64,000 bases of DNA from a bacterium (GCA_016202645.1 JACQOF010000003.1:27375-91374); one strand, 5' to 3'. Shown: positions 35,576 through 45,479, numbered from the stretch's first letter. The notes: generated by a model not told the origin, from the sequence alone. Made by a program: numbers and translations.

Positions 35576-37203
35576 TTTGGCGAGGGCGTTTCCTCGGTCA
35601 CATCCATCTTCCGCACGGGCGTTCTCGTGGGATCGGAGTCGATCGATCCCTGCCAGGATAAATCATGATCTTCGGGATCAATCTTATGAATATCGGTTCG
35701 GCCGGTGAAGGCCACTGCGAACGTCGCTGTTCCATCGAGTCGATAACTTCCAGGGTACAAAAACCCTCGCCCTCTTTCGCTTCCGGACCACCAAACATGA
35801 AAATCGCCGACAAGGATGTGAATATTTTTGGGGTCTAAACGGCCCTGCCCGCGCACAATCCCCGTATCTTTGAGGGAGAGGAATTTTTTGCCGGACGGTC
35901 GCTCACTCCAGTAGAACCATTCGTATTTACCGCGTTCAGGTTCGGTGCGTTGTTCGTCGAGAATCAGAACGCCAAGCGCCGACCCGTGTTTGAGCAAAAT
36001 GACTTCTTTATCTTTGGTTCGTCCCCGAAACGCCTGTCGGCGGCCCCTCTCACCCGTCCAATAGTGCTCGCACTTTTTAAAATCGTGGCTTCGGATATCA
36101 AGGCGGATGGCCTTCCCGGGAACTTTAAAGTCCGACCGGCACAGCGAACATTGGATTCGAAAAAATGCAAACTTTCTGGGATCGCCGTGATCGTAACGGC
36201 TCCACTTTCTAAGTTCGGCAAAGCCCGGCTGCTTACGCGTCTGCCATTGCAGATTTGGGGCGGTCGGATCAACTTTGGCAAGATCGGCTTCCTGTGTAAA
36301 ACAAACGGAAACGGGCGGAGCTTTGGAATTCATATCTCTGGCCGGCAAGAGATTGCCGGAAAGAGTGTCCCGGCCCGGTTCCCATCCCAAACGGATCGGT
36401 CCGAGGATAATTTCCTTTTCTCGGACGTATTCTTCGGAGTTTCGGGTCAGCCGGCCTTTTTTGACATCGGGATCATCCGGCCGGAATGGTCCCTGCCCAT
36501 CCTCGCGGAGATACCAACGAAGGTCGAAGTCGGCATCGCGCCCGCGCGCAGAGGTGGTTTGCGAGTCAAAGATCACCGCGGCCAAAGTTTTTCCCATACG
36601 CGCCAATACAATCTCGCCGTTCCATGCCCGGCCGACATAGGCCCGGTACCATCCCGGCGGCATCGCCCAACTGTGCGAGCACCTGTCAAAATCATGGCCC
36701 AACGTGCCCGGCTCGATTTTCGTGCCTGGAAACGATATTTCCGAACCACATTGACCGCAGGTCAGGTACACGGTATCTGCCTTGCGTGGGTCCGTGTTGA
36801 GTTTTGGGGATGTCGGCGCCCGGTTACCTTGTGGCAACCGGCGGCGTTTCGCCGGAGCGCGTTTCGGAGATGGCTTCCCGAGCCGACTCATTGTCCGAGT
36901 GTCAACGTAGATGCGGTGTTTGATTTGCTGAAAGATTTCGTCGGAAATATCCGGAACGTGCTGGATATCTTCCACCGATTTGAACGCCCCATACGTATAT
37001 CGATATGCGTCGATCATCTTGGCGCGGTATTCATCGATGCCCGGCAGTGTCTTAAGCTCCCCAACACCGGCGCTGTTGATATCCACACTCCGCGAACCCG
37101 GCGGATTTTTGCCGACGGAACGCCCGTCGGCGGCCGTGGCACACATCAGAATGAGGCCGATCCAGACCAGTACGGATTTCAGGCCCCCTTTCCTCTTATT
37201 CAT
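35572..37203 (-). CDS. secreted ComEA-like helix-hairpin-helix protein with duplicated Cys-motif domain
   Basis: Start MNKRKGG overlaps the upstream stop by ATGA. Signal peptide is followed by a ComEA HhH domain (VDINSAGVGELKTLPGIDEYRAKMI...FKSVEDI). Two ~100-aa internal repeats each contain C-x2-C ... HDF(D/K)(R/K)C(S/E)H(S/Y)W. Confidence 0.6.
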   Translation of the reverse strand: MNKRKGGLKSVLVWIGLILMCATAADGRSVGKNPPGSRSVDINSAGVGELKTLPGIDEYRAKMIDAYRYTYGAFKSVEDIQHVPDISDEIFQQIKHRIYVDTRTMSRLGKPSPKRAPAKRRRLPQGNRAPTSPKLNTDPRKADTVYLTCGQCGSEISFPGTKIEPGTLGHDFDRCSHSWAMPPGWYRAYVGRAWNGEIVLARMGKTLAAVIFDSQTTSARGRDADFDLRWYLREDGQGPFRPDDPDVKKGRLTRNSEEYVREKEIILGPIRLGWEPGRDTLSGNLLPARDMNSKAPPVSVCFTQEADLAKVDPTAPNLQWQTRKQPGFAELRKWSRYDHGDPRKFAFFRIQCSLCRSDFKVPGKAIRLDIRSHDFKKCEHYWTGERGRRQAFRGRTKDKEVILLKHGSALGVLILDEQRTEPERGKYEWFYWSERPSGKKFLSLKDTGIVRGQGRLDPKNIHILVGDFHVWWSGSERGRGFLYPGSYRLDGTATFAVAFTGRTDIHKIDPEDHDLSWQGSIDSDPTRTPVRKMDVTEETPSPK

Positions 37204-39194
37204 CTTCGACCCCTCCCTTCGCGGTGGTTCAATGCGTACATCGCCCACAGTCCCCAGACATTGAAAAGCAGGAGCGTCAGGTAGGGGAAGGACGTCTGTA
37301 TCAGCATGGGCCGGACATAAAATCTGAACAAAAGCGCGCAGGCCGCAAACGCTATGAAACAGACGATCCCGCCGCGACGGTATGACGCCGGGTCCATCCC
37401 TTCGAAGAAGGCCGACGGCGGGTCGTTCGAGATGAACCGGTCGACCACGAATCCGATCACGCACCAGGCCGGAAACGGCAGCCACTTTAAGTCGTCGAGA
37501 ACAGGATGGGAAGGGGCGTCATAGGGAACTTCAACCCGCCTGGCGAGCTGTCCCCTGTTGTCAAAATAGAGGATCTGCTGGGGTCCGTGTTGAATCATTC
37601 TCTGAAACAGCGCAAACCCCCCGGCGTCCAAGATGCCGACGGAGAGAGGGTCGGATGCGGACATGCCCCCGATGGGAAATCTTGTCCGGCGCAGGGCCGA
37701 AGGATCCATGACGAAGCGTTCGTCATCATCGGCGGGATTCTCCTGGAGAGGGAAGGCCGTCAGTTCGCTATCGGTCAGCAGGGCGACCCAGAATCCGCGC
37801 GCGGACAGCCGGTCGAACCGCAGAAGGCCGGCGCCCATGCGCCGGATGTTCCCGTCAAATTCAGCAATCTTCCGGGCTGAACTGTGCGTCCGGGCGAACG
37901 TCACGTGATAGAGGACGCGGCCCGCAGCCAGAAGACGTTCGTTCGGCCTGTCCGGCAGGGCGATCAGGTAATCCGCCTGATCGTCTATCTCCTCGAATTC
38001 ACCCGCCGGCGTTTCGTAATGAAATCCATCCGGAACAAGCCATCCGATGCGTTCGCGGCTCACGGGATCGTAGGCGACGATTCGATTTGCTCCGGGATCG
38101 AGAAACCAGTTCCAATCGTCTGTCAGATGCCCATAGGAGACGTTTTCCTCGTATGGGACGTAGAGACGCGTCGTGCCTTTGGCGTTGAGTGAGAATCGTT
38201 CGACGGCGTCTTCCATCGGATGATCCAGACGAATGGTTGAGGACGCCGCTTCATAGGGCCACGGCCCGGCGACCTCCGGAAGCGGACGCCCCTCCAAATC
38301 GAATACCCTCGCCAGACGGCCTTCGCCCGGGCTGACCAGCCAGGCGGCGCCGTCGGACTTCACGGAAATTTCGCGGTTCGGCCCGGGATTCAACAAATCC
38401 GGCAAAATACCCACAACGGCGCCGGGAAAAATAGTCAACGCGGTTGAGACGAATGCCGTGATCCACCACGGGAGGGGCTTTGAGCCTGGAGGCGAAACGC
38501 TCCATTGCAAAAAAGTTCTTCGAGCAAACAGGATCATCGAAACACACAACAGAACCGCGGCGAGAAAGAGAGGGAAGCCCATTTTGAATCCATCCCCCAG
38601 CGGGGGCTGGGTTGTGCCGCCGGCCATGAGCAAGACTATTCCGAAGGCCAACAAGGTACAGAGCACCACCCCCGAATTCCGTTGGGGGGAGAATGAGTAA
38701 TAGAAGACAAGCAGATAGACGCAGATCCCCCGGACGATGGATGCAGTTGCGGGGACCAGCAAGATCCATGAGAATGGCGACGCGAACGAACTCCGGACGA
38801 GCGACACCCACGTACAGACCATCAGGGGTGCGCCGAGAGTGACCAGCAAAATCAGAATCCCGGCGGCGGCTTTGCCGGCGCCGACGGATCCGCGTCCAAC
38901 CGGCCGTGTGAGCAGGACGGGCCACATTCCGTGGGCGGTTTCGGGACGAATCTGCAGGACCCCCAGGACCAATCCCGCGCAACACGCATAGACGTTCAGG
39001 GCGACCAGAAACGAAAGCTGGAGATGGGGAAGGATCATGTTTTCCGACAGGATGAGGACGCTGAACCGGAACGCGCCGATCCGGGCGAATCCGAGCGCGT
39101 CCAAGAAAAACGCGCAGATCAGAAATTGGCCGGCGAAGACAACCAGCATCGCACGCCGAAGGGACTGAAATTCTCTTTTCAGAACGAACGTCAT
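37200..39194 (-). CDS. ABC-2 type permease with large extracytoplasmic (propeller-like) domain
   Basis: Six N-terminal TM helices, a ~350-aa soluble insert and C-terminal TM helices. Translationally coupled to the ABC ATPase upstream. Confidence 0.6.
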   Translation of the reverse strand: MTFVLKREFQSLRRAMLVVFAGQFLICAFFLDALGFARIGAFRFSVLILSENMILPHLQLSFLVALNVYACCAGLVLGVLQIRPETAHGMWPVLLTRPVGRGSVGAGKAAAGILILLVTLGAPLMVCTWVSLVRSSFASPFSWILLVPATASIVRGICVYLLVFYYSFSPQRNSGVVLCTLLAFGIVLLMAGGTTQPPLGDGFKMGFPLFLAAVLLCVSMILFARRTFLQWSVSPPGSKPLPWWITAFVSTALTIFPGAVVGILPDLLNPGPNREISVKSDGAAWLVSPGEGRLARVFDLEGRPLPEVAGPWPYEAASSTIRLDHPMEDAVERFSLNAKGTTRLYVPYEENVSYGHLTDDWNWFLDPGANRIVAYDPVSRERIGWLVPDGFHYETPAGEFEEIDDQADYLIALPDRPNERLLAAGRVLYHVTFARTHSSARKIAEFDGNIRRMGAGLLRFDRLSARGFWVALLTDSELTAFPLQENPADDDERFVMDPSALRRTRFPIGGMSASDPLSVGILDAGGFALFQRMIQHGPQQILYFDNRGQLARRVEVPYDAPSHPVLDDLKWLPFPAWCVIGFVVDRFISNDPPSAFFEGMDPASYRRGGIVCFIAFAACALLFRFYVRPMLIQTSFPYLTLLLFNVWGLWAMYALNHREGRGRR

Positions 39195-40120
39195 CCGGGT
39201 TCAACCATCGCAATGAACAATTCCTCGAGGTTCATCTTGTGGACGGAGACGCCCGGATACTCCATGAGACGCCGTTCGGCCCGGTCACAGTACGCCACCA
39301 CGCGCCACTCGTTCTCGGACTGTATCGCCCGAAGGACGCCGGGAATCCGGGGAATGTCCGCAGCGCGGGCCGGGAAGGGAATGACATACTTTCGGACGGC
39401 GCCGAGAATGTCCGACAGCGGTTCATCGAGAATGACGCTGCCGTCCCGCAGAACACCGACTCGGTCTGCGAGTTTGGCGACGCTGAAGATGTCGTGGGTC
39501 GTGAGGAGGATCGAACAGCCGCGGTCAGCAAGCTCCCTCAGAACGACGCCGAAAACTAGGTTACGCGCGATCTGGTCGAGACCCAGGGTGGGATCGTCGA
39601 GGATCAGAAAATCCGGGCGGGCGCTGACACAAAGAGCCAGCGCGGCCAGCGCGCGTTCGCCCCGGGACAACTGCGCCGGACGGGCGTCTTCCCGCAGGGA
39701 AAAAGATTTCAGGCAGTCGGAAAAAAAAGCGTCATCCCACGACGGGTACAGCGGCCGATGGAGCCTGGCCGCGTGGCGGATGCTGAACGCCGGGTCCATC
39801 GGATGGCCTTCAGGCATATACCCAATCCGTCGGAACGCATCCCGGCCCAATTCGGATGAAGCCCGGCCAAAAGCAAAAGACTGGCCGGAGGTTGGGTTAA
39901 GCAGGCCCAGAAGGACATGGATGGCGGTCGTTTTGCCGGCGCCGTTCCGGCCCAGCAAGGCGTAGATCGTGCCCGGCTCGATCGAAAAGGAGACTTCAGT
40001 CAATATATTTTTGGGATGACCCTTGTTGGGGACCGTGACGGTGACTTGTTCCAGCGCCGCGACAGGACCGGGAGGATTATCCGGCAAGTTTGCGTTTCTC
40101 CAGGCGCTGGGTCTGGGCAA
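39191..40120 (-). CDS. ABC transporter ATP-binding protein
   Basis: Walker A GRNGAGKTT, signature LSRGERALAAL and Walker B LILDDPTLGLD. The annotated start overlaps gntR by 44 nt, so the true start may be a downstream TTG. Confidence 0.85.
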   Translation of the reverse strand: MPRPSAWRNANLPDNPPGPVAALEQVTVTVPNKGHPKNILTEVSFSIEPGTIYALLGRNGAGKTTAIHVLLGLLNPTSGQSFAFGRASSELGRDAFRRIGYMPEGHPMDPAFSIRHAARLHRPLYPSWDDAFFSDCLKSFSLREDARPAQLSRGERALAALALCVSARPDFLILDDPTLGLDQIARNLVFGVVLRELADRGCSILLTTHDIFSVAKLADRVGVLRDGSVILDEPLSDILGAVRKYVIPFPARAADIPRIPGVLRAIQSENEWRVVAYCDRAERRLMEYPGVSVHKMNLEELFIAMVEPG

Positions 40121-40484
40121 AGGATTTGCGCGCCAGACCCGCGAACTGCCGGCCGTCCAGCCCCGCCAGCCTCGCCTCCACGGCCGGCGACTGCAAGAGT
40201 CCTTCGACGCGCCGGACGGTCCGGGCGGAGGGTTTCGATCCGAACGAAATAAAACTGCCGGATCCCTGGATGAGCGTCAGCACGCCGTCCTTTTCAAGCT
40301 CGCGGTAGGCCCGGGCGATCGTGTTGGGATTGACCGCGCAAGCCTCGGCCAGCTCCCGGACGGTCATCAGGGAGTCGCCCGGTTTCAGCTCTCCGGTCGC
40401 GACCCGGAGTTTGACCTGGTCGACAATCTGCAGAAAAATCGGTGTCGGCGACGTCGGATCGGCCTTGAAGGGCGCTCTTGACAT
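40077..40484 (-). CDS. GntR-family transcriptional regulator (YtrA-like short C-terminus)
   Basis: Winged HTH with MTVRELAEACAVNPNTIARAYRELEKDGVL. The GntR-ABC ATPase-permease triad is typical of the YtrA subfamily. Confidence 0.85.
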   Translation of the reverse strand: MSRAPFKADPTSPTPIFLQIVDQVKLRVATGELKPGDSLMTVRELAEACAVNPNTIARAYRELEKDGVLTLIQGSGSFISFGSKPSARTVRRVEGLLQSPAVEARLAGLDGRQFAGLARKSFAQTQRLEKRKLAG

Positions 40485-40505
40485 TGTATTAGTAGAACTA
40501 ATACA
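40485..40505. promoter_or_regulatory. perfect palindrome TGTATTAGT-AGA-ACTAATACA (candidate GntR operator)
   Basis: 9-3-9 perfect inverted repeat directly abutting the gntR ATG. It lies inside a 44-bp divergent intergenic region. Confidence 0.5.
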
Positions 40506-40528
40506 TTAAGGCCGTGCCGTCAATAGAA

Positions 40529-43099
40529 ATGTCGAAAAAGGCCGGTCCGCTCCTTGTTCTGTGCGCGGCCCTCGCGGCGTGCGGGGAATCCCCCGTGACA
40601 AATCCCGCCGTCTGGGAGCCGGAATCAAACCACCCGGCGACGCGCGCCATGATTGCCGCGGCGCGGCACCTCGGGAAATCCGGCCTGTCAGACGCGCTTC
40701 GGACCCATTCCGAAAACATGCCGTTCTCGGGGTATTATCTGAAATTCGTGAGAGAAGGAAATTTCGCGGCCCGGCGACGCATCGTGAATGATTCCGGTCC
40801 CGTCATCACGGAATCCGATGAACAGACGCTCGGTCTGAACCTCACGGACTTCGATCGGCAATTCGAAGCGGCGGGGGATACGCCCATTCCTCTTTCCGTT
40901 GTGCAGACAACCCTCTTTTCCCTGTGCCAGCTTGCCACCTATGCGGTTCATCTCGATTTGGCGGTGGCGGATGAACTCGCCGGTTCCGCCGCGGCCCTGC
41001 TGGCCTGGCTGGAATCATCGATGCAGGAGGAACCGTCCATCCGCCTTTTCCGGGGCTGGATTTTTTATCTTGCCGGTGACGCACCGGGCGGCCGGCGGGA
41101 ATTGTCCGAATGCGGCGGCGAACCCTGGAAAAGCCGGGCGGAGGCGTTGGATTTTTACATCCAGTCAAAACCAAAAGAGTTGAGAAGCAGGTTGGACAAA
41201 TCGGAACCGTGGCTGGGAATGCTGTATGCAATGTCCCTGGAATCCGAGGACGTGGATGAGGCCGTCAAGGCATACAAACGACAGGTTGATCGGGGGCACG
41301 ATAATCTGCTGCCGATGCTGACTGTCGGTGGTCTGATTGAACTCGGCAACCCACAGGCGTCCAAGCATGAGGTGACCGAAGCCGGCGCGTGGATGGTGTT
41401 GGACGCCGCCGTCCCGGGTGACGCGAGCTTGCCGGAAAAATACAAGAAACTTCTGAATCTGGGGAACACGCGGGCCATTCTCACGCCGCTGATGACGAAT
41501 TTGTACCTCGGCTATTTTCGCCGGGGCGTTTTCACACGCCACGAGTTTGTCGAAAACGTCCTTGCGGCCAACGCGATGAAAAAACAATTTCTTGAGGAAT
41601 TGGCCGAAATCGGAGATCCCATCCTCGATTATCTGGCGGCGTTGACCGACATCCGGGAGAGCCGGCTGTCGGCGGGCGCTGACCGGTTTCGGAAAATCGC
41701 CGCCAATGTCAGGGATCCCTATCTGCTCGAACGGCTCAACTTGGGCCTTCCGGAGGAATGGGGCGCGCCGTTTGTGAACGAGGTCCAGGACCATCCTTAC
41801 GAAAGCTGGAGATACTACCGCCATGCCGGACTCCTCTGTGCCCGGTACGGCTGGTTTCGGAAAGCGACCAGATTTTTGAACAATTCCCTCGCTCTGAATC
41901 CTTACCAGGAAGATTTAAAAAAGATCGTCGCGACCTACAAGGAAATGTCCGCGGGACCGGATGCCTCTTTTAACCCGCAGAACGATCCGGCGCTCGGAAC
42001 TCAGTTCGCCTTTTCGATCTGGAGTCCCGAAGTCGACCGCGCGATCGAGCACATCCGCCGGAATCCCGAATTCGTCCCGAAAGAGGAGGGCATGGCGTTC
42101 GACCTGACGACCTGGATGGAATTCCGGGGAGAATACAAAGAAGCGATCGAGTTTGCGGAGCGCTGCCTGGACGCATGGCCTGAAAACATATTCGCGGCCA
42201 ATCTTTCCGCAAAGATCGGATGGATCCACCTCAAACGGCTGAAAGACGTGGAAACCGCCCGGAAACAATTCGAAAAAATGGAATGGTTTAACAACGGAAG
42301 CAACCTCCTCGGGCTGGCCGAATGTTATGAAAAATTGGGAGACGCGGAGGAGGCCGAACGGCGCTATCTGGACGATGATGAAAGGTATGGCCAAGCCGAC
42401 AAGCATTTCCCGCTGGCGGCGTACTACATCCGCCGGGGGGAATATGAGAAGGCCCTGGACGCCATCAACGACCCGGACCTGTTTTCCGGGCCGAACCCGC
42501 GCAGGGAATTTGTGACGTACGCCCTGACCTTTTATGTCGACGAGTCCTATCCGACCCTGGTGCAGATGCTCTACGAAAAAGTCATCCCCGACCGCAAGAG
42601 CTGGATTTCCTATGACTACAGCCAGTGGGCGCTGTCGTATATGCTGATGCAGAATTACGCCAAAGTGGAGGAGATCGTGGCAGCAGCCAAAAAATCGCGT
42701 GAAACGAATCCATTTCTGGATTATTTCCGGTACGTCATCGCCTGCAAACAAAAGAACTGGCCCCAAGCGGCGCAGGCCATTCAGGCCACAACGGGGAAAT
42801 ATTATCACCGGTACTTGCCGGGTGCGCTGGTCGAGGGAAAAGAACAGGCCGAGCTGGAAGAATACTCCCGCGGCAAGCCGCAGTATCAAAGCTACCTTTC
42901 GACGATGTATGGCCTCCTCGCATACCGTCACATCGCCAAAGGCTCTCTCAAGGAGGCGGAAAAATTCTTCAAACTGGACGCCGGCAGCATTCGCTACTCA
43001 ACCTGGCACATCCCCATTCTGGCCTCGTACGAAATTGGCGAGCGAATCCCGGTCACGGGGCCTTCGAGGACGCCGGGAGGTTCTGATGCAACGCGATAG
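40529..43099 (+). CDS. TPR/alpha-solenoid lipoprotein (about 857 aa)
   Basis: Start MSKKAGPLLVLCAALAACG has an LAAC lipobox. The remainder is predicted helical-repeat. Confidence 0.55.
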   Translation: MSKKAGPLLVLCAALAACGESPVTNPAVWEPESNHPATRAMIAAARHLGKSGLSDALRTHSENMPFSGYYLKFVREGNFAARRRIVNDSGPVITESDEQTLGLNLTDFDRQFEAAGDTPIPLSVVQTTLFSLCQLATYAVHLDLAVADELAGSAAALLAWLESSMQEEPSIRLFRGWIFYLAGDAPGGRRELSECGGEPWKSRAEALDFYIQSKPKELRSRLDKSEPWLGMLYAMSLESEDVDEAVKAYKRQVDRGHDNLLPMLTVGGLIELGNPQASKHEVTEAGAWMVLDAAVPGDASLPEKYKKLLNLGNTRAILTPLMTNLYLGYFRRGVFTRHEFVENVLAANAMKKQFLEELAEIGDPILDYLAALTDIRESRLSAGADRFRKIAANVRDPYLLERLNLGLPEEWGAPFVNEVQDHPYESWRYYRHAGLLCARYGWFRKATRFLNNSLALNPYQEDLKKIVATYKEMSAGPDASFNPQNDPALGTQFAFSIWSPEVDRAIEHIRRNPEFVPKEEGMAFDLTTWMEFRGEYKEAIEFAERCLDAWPENIFAANLSAKIGWIHLKRLKDVETARKQFEKMEWFNNGSNLLGLAECYEKLGDAEEAERRYLDDDERYGQADKHFPLAAYYIRRGEYEKALDAINDPDLFSGPNPRREFVTYALTFYVDESYPTLVQMLYEKVIPDRKSWISYDYSQWALSYMLMQNYAKVEEIVAAAKKSRETNPFLDYFRYVIACKQKNWPQAAQAIQATTGKYYHRYLPGALVEGKEQAELEEYSRGKPQYQSYLSTMYGLLAYRHIAKGSLKEAEKFFKLDAGSIRYSTWHIPILASYEIGERIPVTGPSRTPGGSDATR

Positions 43100-44147
43100 T
43101 TTTTCGAGGCGTAATTTTTTACGCTCGATGACACTCGCCGGAGCGGCCTGCCTGTTCCGGCCTCAAATAATGATGAATCGAGTCTGGGCAGATGAGAAAA
43201 AACTCAGGAAAGCAAGCTTTGTCAGCGATCTGTTTAATGAATCCCTGGTCATCGACGGGATTGTGAATTGGCGCGCGAAGAGTCTTGAAGCTGTTCCAAA
43301 ATCACCCGGAGAAATTAAAAGGTTGACAGGGATTAACGTGGGCGCCCAGACCGTTTTGGTGGAGCAGCTCGCCAAATTCAACCGCTGGATCCGGGCGCAT
43401 CGAAACGCATTCACTGTGATACGGACATCCAAGGACATCACCGATGCAAGGACGTCGGGCCGGTATGGCGTCATTTACTACGTCCAAAAACCTCCGGCGG
43501 GGACGATCAACATGGAAAGCCTGGAGCAGTGGAAAAGAGAAGGTCTCCGAATATTTCAAATGACCTACAGTGAAAGCAACGCATTGGGCGGCGGGTGCGA
43601 CGATGGGGATGACGATGGCCTGACGCCATTAGGGGAAGAAGTGGTTCAGAACCTGAACCGGCTGGGAATGGTTGTTGATGTATCGCATTGCGGTCGCCAA
43701 ACGACTTTGGATGTGTGTGAACTGTCGAAATACCCGGTGACCGCCAACCATGCCAACGCGGAAGCCGTTACAGAACACCAAAGAAACAAGTCCGATGAGG
43801 AATTAAAGGCTGTTGCGGCCACGGGCGGCGTTGTCGGTGCCGTGACAGTCGGCCGTTTTCTGCGCCGGGGCGAGGACCTGATGGTGGGCGGCGGAATCGA
43901 TGATCTGATCGCCCATATCGATTACATGGTCGACTTGATCGGCATCGACCACGTCGGCTTGGCGAGCGACTGTTGGCTCGACGGCATTCAGGTCTATGAA
44001 TATGATACGACCGACAAGTATTTAAACAGCTATGCTCGCTGGAAACATGTTGTTCGCCGGCTGCGCGAAATGGGATACTCGAAGGAGAATCTTAAGAAAT
44101 TGCTGGGCCTGAATTTTTTACGGGTCTATCAAAAGGTGTGGGGGTAA
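43086..44147 (+). CDS. membrane dipeptidase (peptidase family M19) with Tat signal
   Basis: Twin-arginine motif SRRNFLRSM. M19 motifs include DVSHCG and HVGLASD. Confidence 0.8.
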   Translation: MQRDSFSRRNFLRSMTLAGAACLFRPQIMMNRVWADEKKLRKASFVSDLFNESLVIDGIVNWRAKSLEAVPKSPGEIKRLTGINVGAQTVLVEQLAKFNRWIRAHRNAFTVIRTSKDITDARTSGRYGVIYYVQKPPAGTINMESLEQWKREGLRIFQMTYSESNALGGGCDDGDDDGLTPLGEEVVQNLNRLGMVVDVSHCGRQTTLDVCELSKYPVTANHANAEAVTEHQRNKSDEELKAVAATGGVVGAVTVGRFLRRGEDLMVGGGIDDLIAHIDYMVDLIGIDHVGLASDCWLDGIQVYEYDTTDKYLNSYARWKHVVRRLREMGYSKENLKKLLGLNFLRVYQKVWG

Positions 44148-44204
44148 GATGACTTTTATGCTTATCATGGCGGTCGTGGCATCTGATCCTATGGGGAAAA
44201 ACAA

Positions 44205-45479
44205 GTGAACAAATTCACACTCATCTCCACATTCCTCATTTTAACAATGTTATTCATCCGAACCCAGGCCCACGCCGAAAAGGCGATCAACGATGATAAG
44301 ATATACAAACTGATAGACAGCCTGCGTGGGCAAAGCTCACAGATAAAAGTTGACGGTAGTTCTACCGACTGGAAAGGCATTCCCGCTTTCAAAGCCTCGC
44401 GGGAAGCTTTCGTAAATGACGGTTCTCGAGATATCGTGAATATTTCAATAGCGCCGCGAGAAGATGAACTCCTGATTCTGATTAAAACACGGGGAAGGCC
44501 GTCTCAAGATCCCTTGACGTTTTATACTCGTCTCGATTTTATCGGCCAACACGAAAGCGATTGTCAAATAGGGTTCGGCCAGGACGGGGTTCATAGATTG
44601 AAGGTATATGACGAAAGAAATAATTCAGAAACCATTCTGGAGACAGTCATCCGAGGGCCCGAAATCGTCGTTGGGGATGCCGTCGAAATTCGTATTCCAT
44701 TTCAGTCTCTGAAGGAATTGCTTCCCGAAAAAATGGCGAAGCAAATCGACGGCCCTCGGGGACGGCCCTGGATTCGGGTCTACACTTTTGCTTGGAACCC
44801 AAAGACTCAAAAAATTGCAGATTACGGACCGGCAGTCGCGAGTTTTCGTCTTATCAAAACGCCATATCCGCTCGACCCACCCGCACCGCATAAAATTCGC
44901 CCGGAATTCGGCATCCGTGTGCCCTTCAAAAACAAGTGGTTTCTTGGAAATGGAGCGTTCGGCCTTAGAGCGCATGTGAATGTACATGGATATGACTTTT
45001 ATATCATGGACGACCATCTCAACCCCGCACAAAACCGGGGAAGCAAGAATAACGAAGACTATTACACATGGGGATTGCAATTTCTATCGCCTGTTGACGG
45101 AGAAATTACAAAGGTTACGAACAATATGCCGGACAGGAAGCCATTGAACAAAGTTGAAGCGGCAGGAAACAATGTATGGATCGCTCTTGATTCAGATCCA
45201 GACCTATCCATAAATCTAAATCATTTCCAAATGGGGACGATCAAAGTCCAAACAGGGGACAGTATTCGTGCGGGTGAAGAGATCGGGTTGGTCGGAAACT
45301 CGGGCCAATCGGGATGGCCTCATATCCACATGGGATTGGTTCAGAAAGACCTGTCGACTCTGCCGATCAGTTTTTCAAATGTCATCGTAAGTTTGAATCC
45401 ACAGGCCGACGACCCGTGGTCGCGGGATCTGTCTATATGGGAACTCAGAGCGGGAGTCTTCATTCAGAATAAAAATTAA
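44205..45479 (+). CDS. secreted M23/LytM-family metallopeptidase with N-terminal accessory domain
   Basis: Signal peptide. The C-terminal catalytic motif is GLVGNSGQSGWPHIHMGL (HxH) preceded by YDFYIMDDH. GC content of this gene is markedly lower than its surroundings. Confidence 0.7.
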   Translation: MNKFTLISTFLILTMLFIRTQAHAEKAINDDKIYKLIDSLRGQSSQIKVDGSSTDWKGIPAFKASREAFVNDGSRDIVNISIAPREDELLILIKTRGRPSQDPLTFYTRLDFIGQHESDCQIGFGQDGVHRLKVYDERNNSETILETVIRGPEIVVGDAVEIRIPFQSLKELLPEKMAKQIDGPRGRPWIRVYTFAWNPKTQKIADYGPAVASFRLIKTPYPLDPPAPHKIRPEFGIRVPFKNKWFLGNGAFGLRAHVNVHGYDFYIMDDHLNPAQNRGSKNNEDYYTWGLQFLSPVDGEITKVTNNMPDRKPLNKVEAAGNNVWIALDSDPDLSINLNHFQMGTIKVQTGDSIRAGEEIGLVGNSGQSGWPHIHMGLVQKDLSTLPISFSNVIVSLNPQADDPWSRDLSIWELRAGVFIQNKN

